Part shown: positions 37,479 to 47,958 of the stretch, piece after piece
Numbering within the stretch: the stretch's first letter is position 1
How the letters are laid out: each line of letters opens with the position of its first letter
Assembly (NCBI RefSeq): GCF_040772465.1
Contig: NZ_JAXGYB010000002.1
Coordinates: forward strand, 93,397 to 157,396
From: Limosilactobacillus sp.
Lineage (GTDB): Bacteria; Bacillota; Bacilli; Lactobacillales; Lactobacillaceae
Length of the DNA: 64,000 nucleotides
Direction of reading: 5' to 3'
The notes under the pieces: generated by a model
Told to the model about the DNA's origin: nothing
Database searches by the model: none
The model's input: only the letters and a program-made list of their open reading frames with translations
Program-made: the position numbers and the translations under genes

Positions 37479-38897
37479 TTAGACGCGTTGAATCCGCATC
37501 GTGTTAGTGGTACCAGGAGTGCCAACTGGAACACCAGCGACAACGATAATCTGATCACCCTTCTTGGCAAAGCCGCGCTTAAGAGCTTCTTCACCGGCCT
37601 TCTTGAACATTTCATCAGTGTTAGCTGGCTTGTCAACGACGATTGGTTGAACACCCCAGTTAACCATCAGGCCAAGAGCAACCCGGTCAGTAAAGGTCAT
37701 CGCAACGATGTCGGCATCTGGACGGTACTTTGAAATCATCCGGGCAGTGTAACCACTAGCGGTAGCAGCCACGATAGTGTGGATGTTCAATTCTTCAGCG
37801 GCCGTCTTAACAGCAGAACCAATTGATTCAGTAACGTCAGAAGTATCGAAGTCAAAGGTTTCAGTCCCGAATTCCTTCAGACGACCTTCAGCCTTGATGT
37901 CGATCCGGTTCATCGTTGCAACTGATTCAACTGGGTAGTCACCGTTAGCACTTTCACCGGAAAGCATGGTAGCGTCAGTACCGTCAAAAATAGAGTTAGC
38001 AACGTCAGAAACTTCGGCACGAGTTGGCCGTGGGTTTTCTTGCATTGAGTCCAGCATTTGCGTAGCCGTGATAACTGGCTTACCGAGCAAGTTGCACTTG
38101 CGAATCAAAGTCTTTTGAACCAACGGAACGTTTTCGGCTGGAATTTCAACACCCATGTCACCACGGGCAACCATCAGGCCATCAGAAACCTTGATAATGT
38201 CATCAAAGTTGTTGATACCTTCTTGAGATTCGATCTTAGGGAAGATCTGAACATCTTCCATGTGCTTTTCCTTAAGCAGTGCCCGAATGTCCAGAACGTC
38301 TTGTGGCTTCCGAACAAATGAAGCTGAGATGTAGTTAATCCCATTGTCACAACCAAAACGGATGTCATCTGAGTCCTTCTTGGTAATCCCTGGCAGGTTG
38401 ATGGAAACACCAGGTGCGTTAACACCCTTCCGAGAACCCATCACACCATCGTTTTCAGCGACAGTAACCAGTTCCTTGTTGGCATCATCTTTTGCAGTGA
38501 TCTTGAAGTCCAGCAGGCCATCGTCAACCAAAACATGACCGCCAACATGAGTGTCATCGTAAAGGCCTGGATAAGTAACAGCAATCTTATCATGGGTTCC
38601 TTCCAGTGAGTCATCCATTGAAATCCGCAGCTTATCGCCAGTGTGGAATTCAATCTTGCCGTCTTTTTGAACAGTGGTCCGGATTTCAGCACCCTTCGTG
38701 TCCAGCATAATCCCAACACGCTTACCAGTGATCTTTTCGGCCTTGTGGACGTTTTGCATCCGGCCTAAGTGTTCTGGGTGATCACCGTGTGAGAAATTGA
38801 AACGGAAAATGTTAGCACCCGCATTAATTAACTTCACAATTGTGTCGACATCAGTGCTGGCAGGACCCAGCGTGCTGACAATCTTTGTCTTCTTCAT
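37479..38897 (-). CDS. pyk: pyruvate kinase (472 aa, no C-terminal PEP-utiliser extension)
   Basis: Start trimmed to MKKTKIVSTLGPAS (ATG at 38897 after AAGGAGAG). Contains FRFNFSHG, MVARGDMGVEIP and ATQMLDSM. Confidence 0.95.
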   Translation of the reverse strand: MKKTKIVSTLGPASTDVDTIVKLINAGANIFRFNFSHGDHPEHLGRMQNVHKAEKITGKRVGIMLDTKGAEIRTTVQKDGKIEFHTGDKLRISMDDSLEGTHDKIAVTYPGLYDDTHVGGHVLVDDGLLDFKITAKDDANKELVTVAENDGVMGSRKGVNAPGVSINLPGITKKDSDDIRFGCDNGINYISASFVRKPQDVLDIRALLKEKHMEDVQIFPKIESQEGINNFDDIIKVSDGLMVARGDMGVEIPAENVPLVQKTLIRKCNLLGKPVITATQMLDSMQENPRPTRAEVSDVANSIFDGTDATMLSGESANGDYPVESVATMNRIDIKAEGRLKEFGTETFDFDTSDVTESIGSAVKTAAEELNIHTIVAATASGYTARMISKYRPDADIVAMTFTDRVALGLMVNWGVQPIVVDKPANTDEMFKKAGEEALKRGFAKKGDQIIVVAGVPVGTPGTTNTMRIQRV

Positions 38898-38961
38898 CAG
38901 TGACATCTCTCCTTTGTGTTGATGCGTAAAACGGTAATTGTTCATTACCGAACACAGATAA

Positions 38962-38970
38962 ATAATACCA
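38962..38970 (-). promoter_or_regulatory. candidate extended -10 (TGgTATTAT) for pyk
   Basis: Read on the reverse strand about 65 nt upstream of the pyk ATG. The -35 is weak. Confidence 0.4.
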
Positions 38971-39024
38971 CTTTTTCATTCGGATGTTCCACTATTTTCA
39001 ATTAGTAAAGTTAGTAGTAACGAT

Positions 39025-39038
39025 TAAAAACGCTTTCA
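39025..39038. promoter_or_regulatory. candidate catabolite-responsive element (cre) upstream of the pyk promoter
   Basis: TGAAAGCGTTTTTA has one mismatch to WTGNAANCGNWNNCW (the 3' C). It lies about 55 nt upstream of the candidate -10. Confidence 0.35.
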
Positions 39039-39052
39039 ATTAATAATTGATT

Positions 39053-42000
39053 CTATTTTTCTTGAAGATGCTGCAAGAGCACGTTAGCGCTGCCAAAAGC
39101 ATCGATTAAGGCTGCTCGCGTGCTTTCGTCGGTTGCCAGTGACTGTTGACGCGGTTGTAAAAATTGTTGATTCTTTTTTGGGTAATAGACAATCACCCGG
39201 GCATGTCCTGGATGGACACCAGCGAGCTTGGTCAACACCCTGTTAACGTCACCAGCTGACAACTTATTTACTACTTGGACTGCCCACCGATCAATAATAT
39301 GAGTCACCAACTGCCGGTTTAAAGCTTGGGCTGATTGCATTTGTTTGACTACTAACTGCCGACCACGATTCCGATTTTCAACTTTACCCGTGACAACAAT
39401 CACTAGTGAATGATTGAGCAGCTCTTCGTACCGCTCATACTGCTGAGGGAAAACCGTTAAATCAATGCTACCCGTTGCGTCACTAGCGGTCACAAAAGCC
39501 ATTCGACGGGGATTTTTGCGAGTCATGATGCGTTTGACCTTCATGACGTACAAAATCATTGTCACTTGGGAGTTGTCACGCAAGTCCCGAACTGGCACGG
39601 CACGCACTTTAGTTGCCAGCTGATGATACTGATCCGTCGGGTGGCCAGAAAGATAGACTCCCAGCGCATCTTGTTCCTGCTGCAAACGTTCTGCTAAGGA
39701 AAACTCGGCAGTTTGGGGAATCGTCGTGTTCAAAGATGCGTCGCCCAAATCCAGGTGGCCTAAGCCGAGGTCTGCACCGTTGATTAAATCCGGCAGTGCC
39801 GTCACCATCTCTTTTCGGTTGTAACCCAAGCCGTCAAAGCATCCAGCTAGGATCAATGCTTTAATGGGATCTGCTTTTCTCCACTGGGCTGCAATGCGAC
39901 TTAAGAATTCAGGCAAATCACGAAAAGCGCCGTGATCAGTCCGTTCTTGGATGATAGCCGTTGCAAAATCCCTCCGCATCCCCTTGATATTGGCTAAGCC
40001 AAAATAAATTACTTTTCCGGCCAAGTGGAAATTGAGCTCGCTGTGGTTAATCCGTGGCCCGGCCACCTTAACGCCTTGATTACGAGCGGCAATAACGTAA
40101 GAGCGCAGTTTAGCCGTATTGCTGGTATCGGCCATCAATGATGTAAAGAAAGCTGGAGCTGCATACAGCTTCAGATAAGCGATCTCAAACGATAATTTAG
40201 CATAGGCGACAGCGTGAGAATGGTTAAAACCATAGTTAGCAAACTGGTCAATGTAGTCAAACACCTGACTGGCGGTGCCATGGTCAGTACCGTTAGCTTC
40301 AGCCCCCTGGATAAACTTTGTCCGCATCTGATCCATTGTCGCCTGCTTCTTTTTACTCATCGCCCGCCGTAGTAAATCGGCTTCGCCCATGCTAAAGCCA
40401 GCCATTACGCTAGCCACTTGCATCACTTGCTCCTGATAAACCAAAATTCCGTAGGTTGGCCCAAGGATTGGCGCTAGTCGCGAATCAGGCAAGGTTACCT
40501 TTTCTTGCCCCTTCTTGCGAGCAATGTAGTGTGAAATGTTTTCCATCGGACCAGGACGATAGAGGGCAATTACCGCCACAATATCGTCAAAAGAATCCGG
40601 ATGCATCGCCACCAACACTTGCCGAATACCGCTGGATTCAAACTGGAAGACACCACTGGTCTCACCCTGCTGAAACATTTTTAAAACCCCAGGATCATTT
40701 AAATTAATCGCGTTCAGATCAAAGTCCGGGTGTTTCCGTCGCACCTGGCGAACGGTGTTATCGACGATGGTTAGGTTGCGAAGACCTAAAAAGTCCATTT
40801 TCAGCAAACCAACTTCTTCAACGGCATTTTTGTCATACTGGGTCATCAGCATGCCATCGCTGCCCGTTTCCAGGGGCACTGTTTTACGCAATGGTTCTTC
40901 AGCAAGGACAATCCCAGCAGCGTGAGTCGAGCGGTTCCGTGGCAATCCCTCCAGTTGGCAAGCTGTTTTGTACAGCAATTGGTTTAGTCGGCTGTCAGCG
41001 ACCAGATTGCGGAAACGTTGCGACTGGTCATAGGACTGCTTCAGCGTAATATTGTGTACACGCGGGATCGCCGCACTCCAGTCAGACTGGCTGTACTGGG
41101 GTAAGCCAAAAACCCTGGCAACGTCGCGAATCACCTGCTTCGTCTTTTCTGTGCCAAAAGTGATGATTTGCGCCATTCGTTTGTGACCGTACTTTTGATG
41201 CAAGTACTGGAGTACTTCCTGGCGACGGTTATCGGGCAAATCTAAATCAATGTCGGGCATCTGTTTGCGCTCTGGATTCAGGAAACGCTCAAAGAGCAAA
41301 TTGTATTCCAGCGGATCAACTTCCGTGATGGCGAGGGCGTAGGCAACTAAGGACCCACTAGCCGACCCCCGACCTGGTCCAGTGGTAATCTTTTGCTGGT
41401 GCGCAAAACGCATAACATCCCATTCGATAAGGAAATAATCATCAAAACCTAATTCATGAATAGTCTTGAGCTCATACTCCAGACGTTGCTGGTAATCTTT
41501 TTTCGTCTTCCCTGGCGCTAACGGACGTTTTTTTAAACCGGCTTGGCATAGCTGCCGAAGATAATCAGCTGAAGTTAACCCCTGCTCATTATGAAAATGC
41601 GGCAAAACCGGGGATTTAAGTTCAACCGTCGCCTGGCAAGCTTTTGCCACCTCGCTGGTTTTTTCAGCAGCAGCGGTCAACCCGGCCCGCTGATACGCCT
41701 TCATTTCTTCTTGAGCCGTTCTTAAGTAATGTAAACCACGCTTTTGGCTTGCACCTAAAGGATCCGTGATCGTCTCCCCACTGTCAATCGCCTGCAAGAC
41801 CTTAGTGGCAAAAACATCGCCAGGATCGAGATAACGAACATCTGTGACGCCAACTAATGGGATGCGGTAGCGCTGTGCAATCTCTGCCAAGGTAGTGCGC
41901 AATACTGCAGAACAATACGGGTTGATTGCTTGCAATAGGTTACCCGGATCAATCGCTTCAGCCAACTGTCTGAGGAGATCAACTTTGGCTTCTGGTCCAC

Positions 42001-42406
42001 AAGCCAAACCGACATTATTACTAGCAGCAATGATGATGAACAATCCCTTGGCAAAGGGCAAAACTTGGCTCAAATCGACCGGTTGGTCATTATCGCGTGT
42101 TTGCATCAAGCTTGATAGAAGCATCAAGTTGCGGTAACCAAGCTGATCTTGGGCTAGCAAGATCAAGGGAAGACTGTGATTATCAACATCGTTAATCGCA
42201 ACGCCGAGTTGCAAACCAAGAATTGGCTTGATGCCTGCTCTTTTTGCAGCGTGAAAAAATTTGACAGTTCCGTACATCACGTTGATGTCAGTCATCGCCA
42301 CTGCATCATAACCGCGTTTTTTAGCCGCCTCCACCAAGTCTGTTGGCCGAATGGGACTTTGTAATAGGCTGTAGGTTCCCGTTACTTGTAATGGCACGAA
42401 ACTCAT
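39053..42406 (-). CDS. dnaE: DNA polymerase III alpha subunit DnaE
   Basis: 1117 aa from MSFVPLQVTGTYSLLQS (PHP domain). Contains the polymerase core (GLLKMDFLGLRNL) and an OB fold. Confidence 0.95.
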   Translation of the reverse strand: MSFVPLQVTGTYSLLQSPIRPTDLVEAAKKRGYDAVAMTDINVMYGTVKFFHAAKRAGIKPILGLQLGVAINDVDNHSLPLILLAQDQLGYRNLMLLSSLMQTRDNDQPVDLSQVLPFAKGLFIIIAASNNVGLACGPEAKVDLLRQLAEAIDPGNLLQAINPYCSAVLRTTLAEIAQRYRIPLVGVTDVRYLDPGDVFATKVLQAIDSGETITDPLGASQKRGLHYLRTAQEEMKAYQRAGLTAAAEKTSEVAKACQATVELKSPVLPHFHNEQGLTSADYLRQLCQAGLKKRPLAPGKTKKDYQQRLEYELKTIHELGFDDYFLIEWDVMRFAHQQKITTGPGRGSASGSLVAYALAITEVDPLEYNLLFERFLNPERKQMPDIDLDLPDNRRQEVLQYLHQKYGHKRMAQIITFGTEKTKQVIRDVARVFGLPQYSQSDWSAAIPRVHNITLKQSYDQSQRFRNLVADSRLNQLLYKTACQLEGLPRNRSTHAAGIVLAEEPLRKTVPLETGSDGMLMTQYDKNAVEEVGLLKMDFLGLRNLTIVDNTVRQVRRKHPDFDLNAINLNDPGVLKMFQQGETSGVFQFESSGIRQVLVAMHPDSFDDIVAVIALYRPGPMENISHYIARKKGQEKVTLPDSRLAPILGPTYGILVYQEQVMQVASVMAGFSMGEADLLRRAMSKKKQATMDQMRTKFIQGAEANGTDHGTASQVFDYIDQFANYGFNHSHAVAYAKLSFEIAYLKLYAAPAFFTSLMADTSNTAKLRSYVIAARNQGVKVAGPRINHSELNFHLAGKVIYFGLANIKGMRRDFATAIIQERTDHGAFRDLPEFLSRIAAQWRKADPIKALILAGCFDGLGYNRKEMVTALPDLINGADLGLGHLDLGDASLNTTIPQTAEFSLAERLQQEQDALGVYLSGHPTDQYHQLATKVRAVPVRDLRDNSQVTMILYVMKVKRIMTRKNPRRMAFVTASDATGSIDLTVFPQQYERYEELLNHSLVIVVTGKVENRNRGRQLVVKQMQSAQALNRQLVTHIIDRWAVQVVNKLSAGDVNRVLTKLAGVHPGHARVIVYYPKKNQQFLQPRQQSLATDESTRAALIDAFGSANVLLQHLQEK

Positions 42407-42503
42407 CAATTAACATTCCCTTCTAGTAGACTGTTACGAATTAATTTTAATGGTTGCCAGCAATATGTTACAATAGTTTTGATTAAGTAGAGGAGTGAGG
42501 AGC

Positions 42504-42710
42504 ATGAAGTGGCTTATTCAAAACGTCATCGTGGCTTTCTGGGCTTTCCTGCTCGGTGAAGTATTAACTTACATTACCGCTCAATTGGAAGGTGTTCAAC
42601 CACAGTATTTATTCGACGGCATCTTTGCAATCATCGTTGGTCTCATTGCAGTCAACTTTATCAGTTTTATCACTGGTCACGCAAACCCGCATCGTCAAAA
42701 GAATAACTAA
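42504..42710 (+). CDS. YjzD-like small membrane protein (DUF2929)
   Basis: Start trimmed to MKWLIQNVIVAFWAFLLGEVL (ATG at 42504 after GAGGAG). 68 aa with two TM helices. Confidence 0.7.
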   Translation: MKWLIQNVIVAFWAFLLGEVLTYITAQLEGVQPQYLFDGIFAIIVGLIAVNFISFITGHANPHRQKNN

Positions 42711-42728
42711 ATACAGTATAAACTGAAA

Positions 42729-42761
42729 ACTGCCGCGTCAATGCGCGACAGTTTTTTATTT
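42729..42761. terminator. bidirectional terminator (yjzD-like / pepT)
   Basis: Hairpin ACTGcCGCG-tcaat-GCGCGaCAGT followed by TTTTTTATTTT. An A-rich tract lies upstream. Confidence 0.7.
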
Positions 42762-42774
42762 TGACCATTTCATT

Positions 42775-44013
42775 CTAACGACTGACATTTAACTTGATGA
42801 TCTCTAGCATCACGTCGATGGCAGCTTCCATCGTTTCTAGGGACACGTACTCGTAACGGCTATGCATGTTTTCTCCACCAGCAAATAAGTTTGGTGTTGG
42901 CAGGCCCATGAAGCTAATCGTTGACCCATCAGTACCACCACGAACCGGGTAAATAACCGGCTTGATATGGAGATTTTCCATCGCCTGCTTAGCAATCTCC
43001 ACCACGTCCATGTGATCCTTTAAAACCTCGCGCATATTGTGATATTGGTCGTAGAGGTCCAGCGTCACCCGTTTGGATCCGCAACGCTTGTTGATACGAT
43101 CCACAACTTCACGCAAATGCTGCTTCCGCTCCTCAAATTTAGCCTTATCGTGGTCACGAATCAGATAATTCATCTGGGCATGGTCGACGGTCCCGTCCAA
43201 ACGATACAGATGATAGAATCCTTCGCGGCCTTCTGTTCGTTCGGCGCGGTCGTGTTCTGGCAAAAGCTCATGTAAATCGATGGCCAACTGAATGGCATTG
43301 ACCATCGCGCCCTTGGCGATGGCGGTGTGAACGTTCTTCCCCGTAATGTCAATTTTAGCAGCAGCCGCATTAAAGGTTTCGTATTCCAGTTCTCCCAATG
43401 GCCCCGCATCAACGGTGTAGGCAAAGTCGGCCCCAAAGTCATCAACATCAAAATGATCAGCGCCAGTACCAATCTCCTCATCGGGACTGAGGCCAATCTG
43501 AATAGTTCCGTGCTTTATCTCCGGGTGAGCCAGTAAGTACTCTGCCATTGTAATAATTTCAGCAACGCCAGATTTATCATCGGCACCCAATAAGGTCGTT
43601 CCGTCGGTTGTGATCAGGGTTTTACCAGCATAATTTTTGAGTGAAGGAAATTCCTGCGGATCAAGCTGGTACTTGCCACTATTGCCCAGCGGAATAACTG
43701 ACTTGCCATCATAATCTTTTATCACCTGAGGATTGACACCATGGGCATTGAAATCAGCCGTGTCTACGTGAGATAAAAAGCCAATCGTCGGCACCCCTTT
43801 GACATTAGCGGGGATGGTAGCAAGTAAATAGGAATTATTGGGATTAATCCGGACATTGCTGAGACCAAGTGACTTGAGTTCTGTCTCCAACTGCTTGAGA
43901 AATGCCGTTTCCTTGGGACTAGATGGAATTGCATCGCTTTCTGGATCAGAACGTGTTTCTACTTTTACGTACTTTAAAAACCGTGGTAACAAGGTTGAAT
44001 ATTTCTCAGCCAT
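42775..44013 (-). CDS. pepT: peptidase T (tripeptide aminopeptidase, M20B)
   Basis: Start trimmed to [23 protein letters not shown] (ATG at 44013, 5 nt after GAGGTGA). Contains FLSHVDTAD and GADDKSG. Confidence 0.93.
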   Translation of the reverse strand: MAEKYSTLLPRFLKYVKVETRSDPESDAIPSSPKETAFLKQLETELKSLGLSNVRINPNNSYLLATIPANVKGVPTIGFLSHVDTADFNAHGVNPQVIKDYDGKSVIPLGNSGKYQLDPQEFPSLKNYAGKTLITTDGTTLLGADDKSGVAEIITMAEYLLAHPEIKHGTIQIGLSPDEEIGTGADHFDVDDFGADFAYTVDAGPLGELEYETFNAAAAKIDITGKNVHTAIAKGAMVNAIQLAIDLHELLPEHDRAERTEGREGFYHLYRLDGTVDHAQMNYLIRDHDKAKFEERKQHLREVVDRINKRCGSKRVTLDLYDQYHNMREVLKDHMDVVEIAKQAMENLHIKPVIYPVRGGTDGSTISFMGLPTPNLFAGGENMHSRYEYVSLETMEAAIDVMLEIIKLNVSR

Positions 44014-44026
44014 TTTGCTCACCTCA

Positions 44027-44857
44027 TTAGTTATGGCTCATGACAAAGTTAAACGGTTCGGTATTGACTTGGGATTTGACAACATCAATTCCCCACTGCT
44101 CCTGCTGATTCCATTGTAACAGCAGCTTAGACAGGCCATCAACCATCGTTACCTCAATGTGGTGACCGGGGTCGACCATGATGAGGTGATTCAGTTGCAT
44201 ATCCTGGGCAACATGGTAAGAAACGTCTCCAGTCACAAAGGCATCCGCATTTTTGGCTAAAGCTAACGGGAAATACTTGGCAGCTGAACCGCCGATGATC
44301 GCAACCCGCTGAATTTTGCGGTTAACATCATCATTGTTGACAGCAAAACGCAGGCCCTTCAAATGAAATTGCTGCAGACAGTATTGGTTGAATTCACTTA
44401 CCGACATCGCAGAAGGCAAATCGCCGACCCGGCCTAGGCTTACTTCTTCATTGGTAAAGGGGTCTTGGCCGCTGTTATCTAAATGCTCAACGTTGGTGAG
44501 CTTAAGATCGCGAGCCAACCAGTCATTCATTCCACCATTGGCCATATCCAGGTTTGTATGGGCGGAGTAAACGGTGATATCGTGTCTCAGTAGTTCGCGA
44601 TACATTTGATTTTGGGGGTTAGCTAAATCGAGGTCTCGTGCGGGATGAAACATCAGCGGGTGGTGGGAGAAAATCAGTTGGGCCCCCACTTTTTCAGCCT
44701 CAGCAATCACTGCCGGACGAACGTCCAACGTTACCAACACTTTTGAGGCCTGTTGACTTAAACTACCTACTTGAAGGCCCACATGGTCCCATGACTCCGC
44801 CAGCTGAGGAGAGGCAAAATGTTCAAACTTTTTCGTTAACTGATCAATAGTAATCAT
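44027..44857 (-). CDS. Nif3-like dinuclear metal centre protein (short form)
   Basis: 276 aa. Contains [20 protein letters not shown] and GHHIE. ATGA overlap with trmK, the same pairing as B. subtilis yqfN-yqfO. Confidence 0.88.
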   Translation of the reverse strand: MITIDQLTKKFEHFASPQLAESWDHVGLQVGSLSQQASKVLVTLDVRPAVIAEAEKVGAQLIFSHHPLMFHPARDLDLANPQNQMYRELLRHDITVYSAHTNLDMANGGMNDWLARDLKLTNVEHLDNSGQDPFTNEEVSLGRVGDLPSAMSVSEFNQYCLQQFHLKGLRFAVNNDDVNRKIQRVAIIGGSAAKYFPLALAKNADAFVTGDVSYHVAQDMQLNHLIMVDPGHHIEVTMVDGLSKLLLQWNQQEQWGIDVVKSQVNTEPFNFVMSHN

Positions 44858-45549
44858 CTTAGGACCTCCTGAATTAATTCAATACGTTGCTGAAAAGAGT
44901 GCTTTTTGGCAACTGGCACCTGCTTAGCCTGTTCCAGTTGCGTTAACGTATGCTGGTCACGTGCTAGTTCATCTTGCCATTTCTTGTCAAAGACGGGACC
45001 ACCCTTTTCCAGCAAAAGGGGGCCAAACATCAATTCACGATCATCGTAGTGCACGGGCATCCCCACCGGATCTGCAACGATGATTTCGTAAATATGACCG
45101 TCTTCTTCGACCATTTGCTCATGGTTGATCTGAAAACGGTGAGCTGCTAACCAACGACGTAAGTTAGGTGCGCCCACGTTTGGTTGAAGGATTAAACGTT
45201 TAACAGCACCTAACTTAGCCTGTCCTTCGTCCAGTATGCGGCGAATCAACGCACCGCCCATCCCGGCAATGATGACTGTATCGATATGGTCGTCATCATG
45301 AATAGCTGCTAAGCCATCAGCTAAGCGCAACTCAATTTTCTTTTCTAATCCTTGTCCCTTAACCTCTTCGACAGCATTCTCAAAGGGTCCCTTGGCCACT
45401 TCACCTGCGATGGCAAAGAGCGCCCTCTTCTCTAAAATTAAAGCTGCTGCCAAGTAGGCATGGTCTGCTCCGATATCAGCGATGCGTGACCCAGGCTTGA
45501 CAAAAGATGCTACCGCCTGCAGTCGCTGTGAAAGATGATGTTCATCCAC
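44854..45549 (-). CDS. trmK: tRNA (adenine22-N1)-methyltransferase TrmK
   Basis: 231 aa with a GTG start after AAAGGGGG. Contains LSQRLQAVASFVKPGSRIADIGADHAYL. Confidence 0.88.
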   Translation of the reverse strand: MDEHHLSQRLQAVASFVKPGSRIADIGADHAYLAAALILEKRALFAIAGEVAKGPFENAVEEVKGQGLEKKIELRLADGLAAIHDDDHIDTVIIAGMGGALIRRILDEGQAKLGAVKRLILQPNVGAPNLRRWLAAHRFQINHEQMVEEDGHIYEIIVADPVGMPVHYDDRELMFGPLLLEKGGPVFDKKWQDELARDQHTLTQLEQAKQVPVAKKHSFQQRIELIQEVLR

Positions 45550-45572
45550 AAAATAACCCCCTTTTCATTGCC

Positions 45573-45602
45573 AGTATACACAATTTAAAATGCGACTGTA
45601 AA
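45573..45602 (-). promoter_or_regulatory. candidate promoter for trmK-nif3-pepT (-35 TTTACA, 18 nt with TGTG, -10 TATACT)
   Basis: Read on the reverse strand, immediately downstream of the asd terminator. Confidence 0.5.
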
Positions 45603-45644
45603 TAAAAAACGAGAGACCAAAAGCAAAGCTCACTAGTCTCTCGT
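45600..45644 (-). terminator. intrinsic terminator ending the lysA-asd operon
   Basis: The minus strand reads ACGAGAGAC-(18-nt loop)-GTCTCTCGT followed by TTTTTTATT. Confidence 0.8.
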
Positions 45645-45659
45645 AGAAGATTTTAATTT

Positions 45660-46724
45660 TTACAGCAGGCCCATCTCAACCATCTTTTCAGCGTTCTCGA
45701 CGGTGTTCCAGGCAGCGCCCTTCAGTAAGTCGTCAGCCACGACCCACATGTTAAATGCACCCTTGTTTTCGTAGTCTGGGCGAATCCGACCAACAAAGGT
45801 GGAACGGTGCCCCGTTGCGTATAGCGGTTGTGGGTAAACCTGATTCTTAATGTCATCCTGCAAGACGTTACCAGGGAAGTCTGCAACAACTTGCTTAATT
45901 TGGTCAGCAGTTGCGGAACTGTCGTCGACCGTGAAGTAGACACTTTCACCGTGCGAAATCGGAATAGGAACCCGTACACAGGTAGCTGTTACCTTGATGT
46001 CCTTAGCATCCATATCACCAAGCATGATCTTCTTGGTTTCATGAATCATCTTCCATTCCTCATGGGAGTAACCAGAATCTTCGAGGACATCAATTTGTGG
46101 CAGCAAGTTGAAAGCTAATGGGTAGTGCCGTTTGTCACCCTTAGTTGGCAAAATCTTAGCGTCTGGCTCCATCGGCTTGCCATCGATGTAATCCTGTGAT
46201 TCTTTCAGCAGTTCGTTGATGGCACTCTGGCCGGCACCTCCCGCAGCCTGATACGTGGAAACAATGATTTGCTTCAATCCAAACTTGCGGCGAATTGGTT
46301 CTAGCGCCATCACCATCTGAATGGTTGAACAGTTCGGGTTGGCAATGATACCGTGATGATTCTTCAGAGCATCTGGATTAACTTCAGGGACAACCAACGG
46401 GACATCCGGTTCCATCCGAAAATGACTGGTGTTATCAATGCAAACGGCACCCCGCTTGACGGCTTCCGGTAATAATTTAGCTGACACTGAACCACCAGCT
46501 GATGACAGGACAATATCAACCCCATCAAAAGATTCTGGTTTAACTTCTTCCACCGTCACTGGTTGACCGTTAAACTCCAGTACCTTGCCTTCAGACCGCT
46601 TTGATGCCAAGAGCTTAATATGCTTGACAGGAATCTTATCACATTCCATTGCCAGCTGCTCGATCATCCGCCGACCGACAGCTCCCGTTGCCCCTAAAAT
46701 GGCAACGTTGTATTGCTTACTCAT
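45660..46724 (-). CDS. asd: aspartate-semialdehyde dehydrogenase
   Basis: 354 aa. Contains [14 protein letters not shown] and the catalytic Cys block [10 protein letters not shown]. Confidence 0.95.
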   Translation of the reverse strand: MSKQYNVAILGATGAVGRRMIEQLAMECDKIPVKHIKLLASKRSEGKVLEFNGQPVTVEEVKPESFDGVDIVLSSAGGSVSAKLLPEAVKRGAVCIDNTSHFRMEPDVPLVVPEVNPDALKNHHGIIANPNCSTIQMVMALEPIRRKFGLKQIIVSTYQAAGGAGQSAINELLKESQDYIDGKPMEPDAKILPTKGDKRHYPLAFNLLPQIDVLEDSGYSHEEWKMIHETKKIMLGDMDAKDIKVTATCVRVPIPISHGESVYFTVDDSSATADQIKQVVADFPGNVLQDDIKNQVYPQPLYATGHRSTFVGRIRPDYENKGAFNMWVVADDLLKGAAWNTVENAEKMVEMGLL

Positions 46725-46742
46725 TTTTCTGCCTCATTTCAT

Positions 46743-47930
46743 CTAATTCAACTGGTTCATAAAGCCGCTAATACGCTTGATTGCTTCATGCAGGTCTTCT
46801 TCTGAAGCGGCGTATGAAATCCGTACATAGCCTTCACCACCTGGGCCAAAGACATTCCCAGGAATTAGACCAACCTTAGCCTTCTTAGCTAAGTCGGTGG
46901 CAAACTTCAGATCATCCGTTCCATACTGAGCCGGAATCTTAGCAAACATGTAGAATGCACCTTCAGGAGTAGCCATTTCAAAGCCCAGCTTCTTTAAAGC
47001 ATCTTCCAAGTAGTCACGACGCTTCTCGTATTCCTTCCGCATCTGAATTGGGTCGTCATCACCATTGTTCAGAGCTTCGATAGCAGCATCCTGTGAAGCA
47101 TCGGTAGCAGTAGTAACCAGGTAACTGTGGATCTTACCAGCTTCGTTAACGAACTTGGCTGGTCCACAAATATAACCGAGACGGTAACCAGTCATGGCAT
47201 GTGACTTGGAAAGGCCAGAGACTAATACCGTGCGGTCAGGAATTTCGGTTGCCATTGAGTAATGCTTGCGGCCACCATAAATCAGTGAACTGTAAATTTC
47301 GTCGACAACGGCGAAGAGGTGGTGCTTCTCAATAACCTTGGCCAGTGCTTGAATCTGTTCCTTGCTGTATGTCCGCCCGGTTGGGTTGGTTGGATAGTTC
47401 AGCATAACTGCCTTCACAGCAGAACCAGCCTTATTGATTTCTGCTTCAAGCCGTTCTGGCGTCAGCGTAAAGCCATCAGGTGCGGTGTTGACCAGCACCG
47501 GTTCTGCTCCCGTGATTTCAACAATTGGGAAGTACAGCGAGAAGACTGGCGTTGGAATGATGACCTTATCACCAGGGTTGAGCATCGCCATCATGGTTGA
47601 CGTCAATGCTTCGGTCCCACCGATAGTGACAACAATCTCCGTTTCTGGATCATAGTCGATACCACGACTGCGCTTGATGTAATTAGAGATGGCTTTCCGC
47701 AGCTCAATCTTCCCCTGGTTGACAGAGTAGTGAGAATCGTTGTTCTTGATTCCGTCAATAGCTGCTTGCTTAACGTGTTCCGGAGTATTAAAGTCTGGTT
47801 CACCCAAAGTAAGCTTCAAAATACCAGGGATCTTGCTGCACATTCCGTCAAATGCACGAATCCCACTAATTTGCATCTTAGTAATCTTGTCATTAACAGT
47901 ATGGTTTAAATCTTCGGCTAATTCTGGCAT
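46743..47930 (-). CDS. class I PLP aminotransferase, probable N-acetyl-LL-diaminopimelate aminotransferase (PatA/DapX-like)
   Basis: 395 aa with the PLP-Lys block SGLSKSHAMTGYRLGY. Embedded between dapB and asd in the DAP operon. The specific function is inferred from context. Confidence 0.75.
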   Translation of the reverse strand: MPELAEDLNHTVNDKITKMQISGIRAFDGMCSKIPGILKLTLGEPDFNTPEHVKQAAIDGIKNNDSHYSVNQGKIELRKAISNYIKRSRGIDYDPETEIVVTIGGTEALTSTMMAMLNPGDKVIIPTPVFSLYFPIVEITGAEPVLVNTAPDGFTLTPERLEAEINKAGSAVKAVMLNYPTNPTGRTYSKEQIQALAKVIEKHHLFAVVDEIYSSLIYGGRKHYSMATEIPDRTVLVSGLSKSHAMTGYRLGYICGPAKFVNEAGKIHSYLVTTATDASQDAAIEALNNGDDDPIQMRKEYEKRRDYLEDALKKLGFEMATPEGAFYMFAKIPAQYGTDDLKFATDLAKKAKVGLIPGNVFGPGGEGYVRISYAASEEDLHEAIKRISGFMNQLN

Positions 47931-47958
47931 GTTTTTCTACCTCCACTGATTGTAACTT

